Below are positions 60,514 through 64,000 of a stretch of 64,000 nucleotides of DNA, in pieces. The position numbers and the translations under genes were made by a program. The notes below the pieces were generated by a model. It had not been told where the DNA came from. It did no database searches and saw nothing but the letters and a program-made list of their open reading frames with translations. Source of the DNA: Escherichia coli (GTDB lineage: Bacteria; Pseudomonadota; Gammaproteobacteria; Enterobacterales; Enterobacteriaceae); NCBI RefSeq assembly GCF_046105845.1, contig NZ_CP151004.1; one strand, written 5' to 3'. Position 1 is the stretch's first letter. Each line of letters opens with the position of its first letter.

Positions 60514-61707
60514 TTAGAACTGGTAGACTAAGCCCACAGCAACGATATCATCGGTAGCGATGCCGTTAGCTTCGTAGAAGTCGTCGTCGTTGTCCAGCAG
60601 GTTGATTTTGTAATCAACATAGGTGGACATATTTTTGTTGAAGTAGTAGGTCGCACCGACTTCAACGTATTTAACCAGATCTTTATTGGTGTAACGCGGA
60701 TCGCCATTACCGTCATGAGCCCAACCGCCTAAATCCTTCCCTTTAGATTGCAGGTAAGCGATGGACGGGCGCAGGCCGAAGTCGAACTGATACTGAGCAA
60801 CAACTTCAAAGTTTTGGGTTTTGTTCGCAATACCACCTCTGTCAATGTCGTTATTGTCTTTTCCGCTGCCATATGCAGTCATATTACGTGTTTCTGCATA
60901 CATTGCCGCTAAATAGACATTATTCGCATCATATTTAGCACCGACTGTCCATGCTTCAGCTGTTTCACCACCAGCATATTTATTCGAGCGTTGCTCACCT
61001 AAACCAGTAGCACGTTGGTTATCAGTACGGTCAGAGTTTGAATATGCAGCCCCGAGGCTTAACCCGAAGTCAAAGTCATAGGAAGTGGACATACCGAAAC
61101 CGTCACCATTTTCTTTAGACAGTTTACGATTATTACCATTACCAGAACCTTCTTGATCCCAAAGCCCACCCGATCCTTCATTATTACCCTGATATTGCAG
61201 AGCAAAGTTCAGGCCATCGACCTGACCAAAGAAGCCATTGTTACGGTAGGTTGCAACACCATTAGCACGACCGTTCAGGAAGTTGTCGGCACCAGCATAG
61301 GTATCGCCACCAAATTCTGGCAGCATATCGGTCCATGCTTCGATGTCATATACGACACCGTAGTTACGACCATAGTCGAAAGTACCATTCTGACCAAAGC
61401 CTAAACCTGCAAATGCCAGACGCGTTGCGGTATTACCTTTGTCGCTTTCAGGACCGTTTGCGCCAATGTTAAATTCCCACTGACCATAACCAGTGAATTG
61501 GTCAGCGATCTGAGTTTCACCTTTGAAACCGATACGGGCATATGACATGTCGCCATCGCTGCCAGCATCATCAGAGAAGTAGTGCAGGCCCGCTACTTTT
61601 CCGTACAAATCCAGTTTATTACCATCTTTATTATAGACTTCAGCCGCATTTGCTGCGCCAGCAACTAATAACGCCGGGACCAGCATTGCCAGAACTTTTC
61701 TTTTCAT
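60514..61707 (-). CDS. yedS: YedS, OmpC/OmpF-family general porin, intact
   Basis: Start placed at [21 protein letters not shown] (porin-type signal peptide); ends with the C-terminal LVYQF beta-barrel signature. Confidence 0.85.
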   Translation of the reverse strand: MKRKVLAMLVPALLVAGAANAAEVYNKDGNKLDLYGKVAGLHYFSDDAGSDGDMSYARIGFKGETQIADQFTGYGQWEFNIGANGPESDKGNTATRLAFAGLGFGQNGTFDYGRNYGVVYDIEAWTDMLPEFGGDTYAGADNFLNGRANGVATYRNNGFFGQVDGLNFALQYQGNNEGSGGLWDQEGSGNGNNRKLSKENGDGFGMSTSYDFDFGLSLGAAYSNSDRTDNQRATGLGEQRSNKYAGGETAEAWTVGAKYDANNVYLAAMYAETRNMTAYGSGKDNNDIDRGGIANKTQNFEVVAQYQFDFGLRPSIAYLQSKGKDLGGWAHDGNGDPRYTNKDLVKYVEVGATYYFNKNMSTYVDYKINLLDNDDDFYEANGIATDDIVAVGLVYQF

Positions 61708-61965
61708 TATGTATTCCCTTGTGATTATAATCTTCATGAATATATCAATAAGTGCCGTTATCCAAAAAAAAGCACATTTGGATACTATTCTATGAAGTTC
61801 ATTTTATTTTAAAGATTACATGTAACAAATGTATTTAAAAGATTTCAAAATGTTTCTAATCTATTTAATATAATTCAAAATTATGAATTCTAAATATAAA
61901 TATTCATGAAAATTATAAATGTATATCAATATGTTATGAGTTGAGCGGAAACATAGGAGGTATCA

Positions 61966-62055
61966 ATGATTGTTGCGCCAAACGGCTGGTGTGATCACGC
62001 GCACATTAATGAAGACATAAAAAAAGCCGGCATCATGCCGGCCCAAAAAATATAA
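61966..62055 (+). CDS. Candidate 29-codon small ORF with strong Shine-Dalgarno
   Basis: aggagg at 61955-61960, 5-nt spacer, ATG at 61966; encodes MIVAPNGWCDHAHINEDIKKAGIMPAQKI; contains hairpin gccggcatcatgccggc at 62027-62043. Confidence 0.3.
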   Translation: MIVAPNGWCDHAHINEDIKKAGIMPAQKI

Positions 62056-62254
62056 ACAAGACGATAAAAGGCTAATAACGGAGGCATCATGACACAGAAT
62101 AATAAAAAGGTATAATTGTAATCAGTGCTAATATATTGATTGAATGAATTAATAAAGCCGATATCAAAGATAAATAAAATCGCTCAAAACGATTTATCCT
62201 GTACTCACTGCCGTTGCGCAAAAATTATCTATTTGTTCAAAAAATGATTGAGTC

Positions 62255-62638
62255 TTGACTGGCTCATCCAATGTGGAAAAATGTGACTTTTATCACATAA
62301 TAGTACTAAGTCTGAATTTTCCGGGTTATCTCAAAATGGAATACGGTTCGACAAAGATGGAAGAGAGACTCTCTCGCAGCCCTGGTGGCAAATTGGCTTT
62401 GTGGGCTTTCTATACATGGTGTGGCTATTTCGTCTGGGCAATGGCGCGTTACATCTGGGTGATGAGCCGGATCCCCGATGCCCCCGTGTCGGGATTTGAA
62501 AGCGATTTAGGCTCTACCGCGGGAAAGTGGTTAGGGGCACTGGTCGGCTTTTTATTTATGGCTCTGGTCGGGGCATTGTTAGGCAGCATTGCCTGGTACA
62601 CCCGACCTCGTCCCGCACGTAGCAGACGCTATGAATAA
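62255..62638 (+). CDS. yedR: YedR-like small inner membrane protein
   Basis: 127-aa ORF with two hydrophobic segments, upstream of yedJ; exact start uncertain. Confidence 0.6.
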   Translation: MTGSSNVEKCDFYHIIVLSLNFPGYLKMEYGSTKMEERLSRSPGGKLALWAFYTWCGYFVWAMARYIWVMSRIPDAPVSGFESDLGSTAGKWLGALVGFLFMALVGALLGSIAWYTRPRPARSRRYE

Positions 62639-62677
62639 AAACTGCTAAGGTTGCGACTCTTTGGCAACGGAGCGCGT

Positions 62678-63373
62678 ATGGACTTACAACACTGGCAGGC
62701 ACAGTTCGAAAACTGGTTGAAAAACCATCATCAGCATCAGGACGCGGCCCATGACGTATGTCATTTTCGCCGCGTCTGGGCTACGGCACAGAAGCTGGCG
62801 GCAGATGACGATGTCGATATGCTGGTGATTTTAACCGCCTGTTATTTTCACGATATTGTGAGCCTGGCGAAAAATCATCCGCAACGGCAGCGTTCTTCAA
62901 TCCTGGCGGCAGAAGAGACGCGTCGCCTGCTCCGTGAAGAGTTCGTGCAATTTCCGGCGGAGAAAATTGAGGCCGTTTGTCATGCCATTGCCGCGCACAG
63001 TTTCAGCGCGCAAATCGCCCCCTTAACAACGGAAGCTAAAATCGTCCAGGATGCGGATCGGCTGGAAGCCCTGGGGGCGATTGGCCTGGCGCGCGTGTTT
63101 GCCGTTTCAGGGGCATTGGGCGTGGCGCTGTTTGATGGTGAAGATCCGTTCGCACAGCATCGCCCGCTTGATGATAAACGCTACGCGCTGGATCATTTCC
63201 AGACTAAGTTGCTGAAGCTACCGCAAACCATGCAAACCGCAAGAGGCAAGCAGCTGGCGCAGCACAACGCGCAATTTTTAGTCGAGTTTATGGCGAAGCT
63301 CAGTGCCGAACTGGCGGGGGAGAATGAAGGTGTCGATCACAAGGTGATAGATGCGTTTTCACCCGCGGGCTGA
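62678..63373 (+). CDS. yedJ: YedJ HD-domain phosphohydrolase
   Basis: Internal start [35 protein letters not shown] motif (YFHDIV); 231 aa. Confidence 0.9.
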   Translation: MDLQHWQAQFENWLKNHHQHQDAAHDVCHFRRVWATAQKLAADDDVDMLVILTACYFHDIVSLAKNHPQRQRSSILAAEETRRLLREEFVQFPAEKIEAVCHAIAAHSFSAQIAPLTTEAKIVQDADRLEALGAIGLARVFAVSGALGVALFDGEDPFAQHRPLDDKRYALDHFQTKLLKLPQTMQTARGKQLAQHNAQFLVEFMAKLSAELAGENEGVDHKVIDAFSPAG

Positions 63374-63439
63374 GCGCGTGGCCCTAAATGGCTGTAATTA
63401 TGTTAACCTGTCGGCCATCTCAGATGGCCGGTTAAATCT

Positions 63440-64000
63440 ATGCAGGAAAATATATCAGTAACCGATTCATACAGCACCGGGAATGCCGCACAGGCAATGC
63501 TGGAGAAACTGCTGCAAATTTATGATGTTAAAACGCTGGTGGCGCAGCTTAATGGTGTGGGTGAGAATCACTGGAGCGCGGCAATTTTAAAACGTGCGCT
63601 GGCGAATGACTCGGCATGGCACCGTTTAAGTGAGAAAGAGTTCGCCCATCTGCAAACGTTGTTACCCAAACCACCGGCACATCATCCGCATTATGCGTTT
63701 CGCTTTATCGATCTATTTGCCGGAATTGGCGGCATCCGTCGCGGTTTTGAATCGATTGGCGGACAGTGCGTCTTTACCAGCGAATGGAACAAACATGCGG
63801 TACGCACTTATAAAGCCAACCATTATTGCGATCCGGCGACGCATCATTTTAATGAAGATATCCGCGACATCACCCTCAGCCATAAAGACGGCGTGAGTGA
63901 TGAGGCGGCAGCGGAACATATTCGTCAACACATTCCTGAACACGATGTATTACTGGCGGGTTTTCCTTGTCAGCCATTTTCGCTGGCTGGCGTATCGAAA
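63440..64000 (+). CDS. dcm: Dcm DNA-cytosine methyltransferase, N-terminal 187 codons (3' end outside window)
   Basis: Translation MQENISVTDSYSTGNAAQAMLEKLLQIYDVKTLVAQLNGVGENHWS...FIDLFAGIGGIRRGFE...GFPCQPFSLAG contains C5-MTase motifs I (FAGIGG) and IV (PCQ); open to the window edge. Confidence 0.93.
   Translation, partial: MQENISVTDSYSTGNAAQAMLEKLLQIYDVKTLVAQLNGVGENHWSAAILKRALANDSAWHRLSEKEFAHLQTLLPKPPAHHPHYAFRFIDLFAGIGGIRRGFESIGGQCVFTSEWNKHAVRTYKANHYCDPATHHFNEDIRDITLSHKDGVSDEAAAEHIRQHIPEHDVLLAGFPCQPFSLAGVSK

Overview
This window reads as an Escherichia coli-type chromosomal segment (dcm-to-yeeA region, in reverse orientation relative to the K-12 map) carrying two accessory insertions in an otherwise conserved backbone. 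I did not find a clearly novel system; the best candidates for uncharacterised biology are a DeoR-regulated PTS/sugar-phosphate cluster and a 145-aa ORF behind an orphan cobalamin riboswitch. All gene calls rest on reading the supplied ORF translations against remembered protein families and gene order; no database search was run.

Layout, left to right:
- 1-1400: yeeA (3' part) and yeeX.
- 1464-18433: a complete propanediol-utilisation microcompartment locus, pduVUTSQPONMLKJHGEDCBA on the minus strand with divergent pduF and pocR. It lacks pduW and pduX.
- 18535-19355: an orphan cobalamin riboswitch, a decayed cbiA-like start and an unassigned 145-aa ORF, where the cbi biosynthetic genes would sit in Salmonella.
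- 19489-22853: cobU, cobS, cobT and ldtA (erfK).
- 22854-32351: an AT-rich accessory island at the 3' flank of a tRNA-Asn, holding two galactitol-type PTS clusters with sugar-phosphate isomerase, epimerase, SDR and SIS genes. No integrase is present.
- 32352-64000: conserved backbone — nac, cbl, yeeO, yeeN, amn, shiA, an intact yeeL, a long yeeJ adhesin with near-identical 609-bp tandem repeats, mtfA, serU, zinT, msrQ, msrP, hiuH, hprR, hprS, hchA, an intact yedS porin, yedR, yedJ and the 5' part of dcm. Four tRNA-Asn genes lie in this stretch.

No CRISPR array, transposase, integrase or prophage gene was detected.
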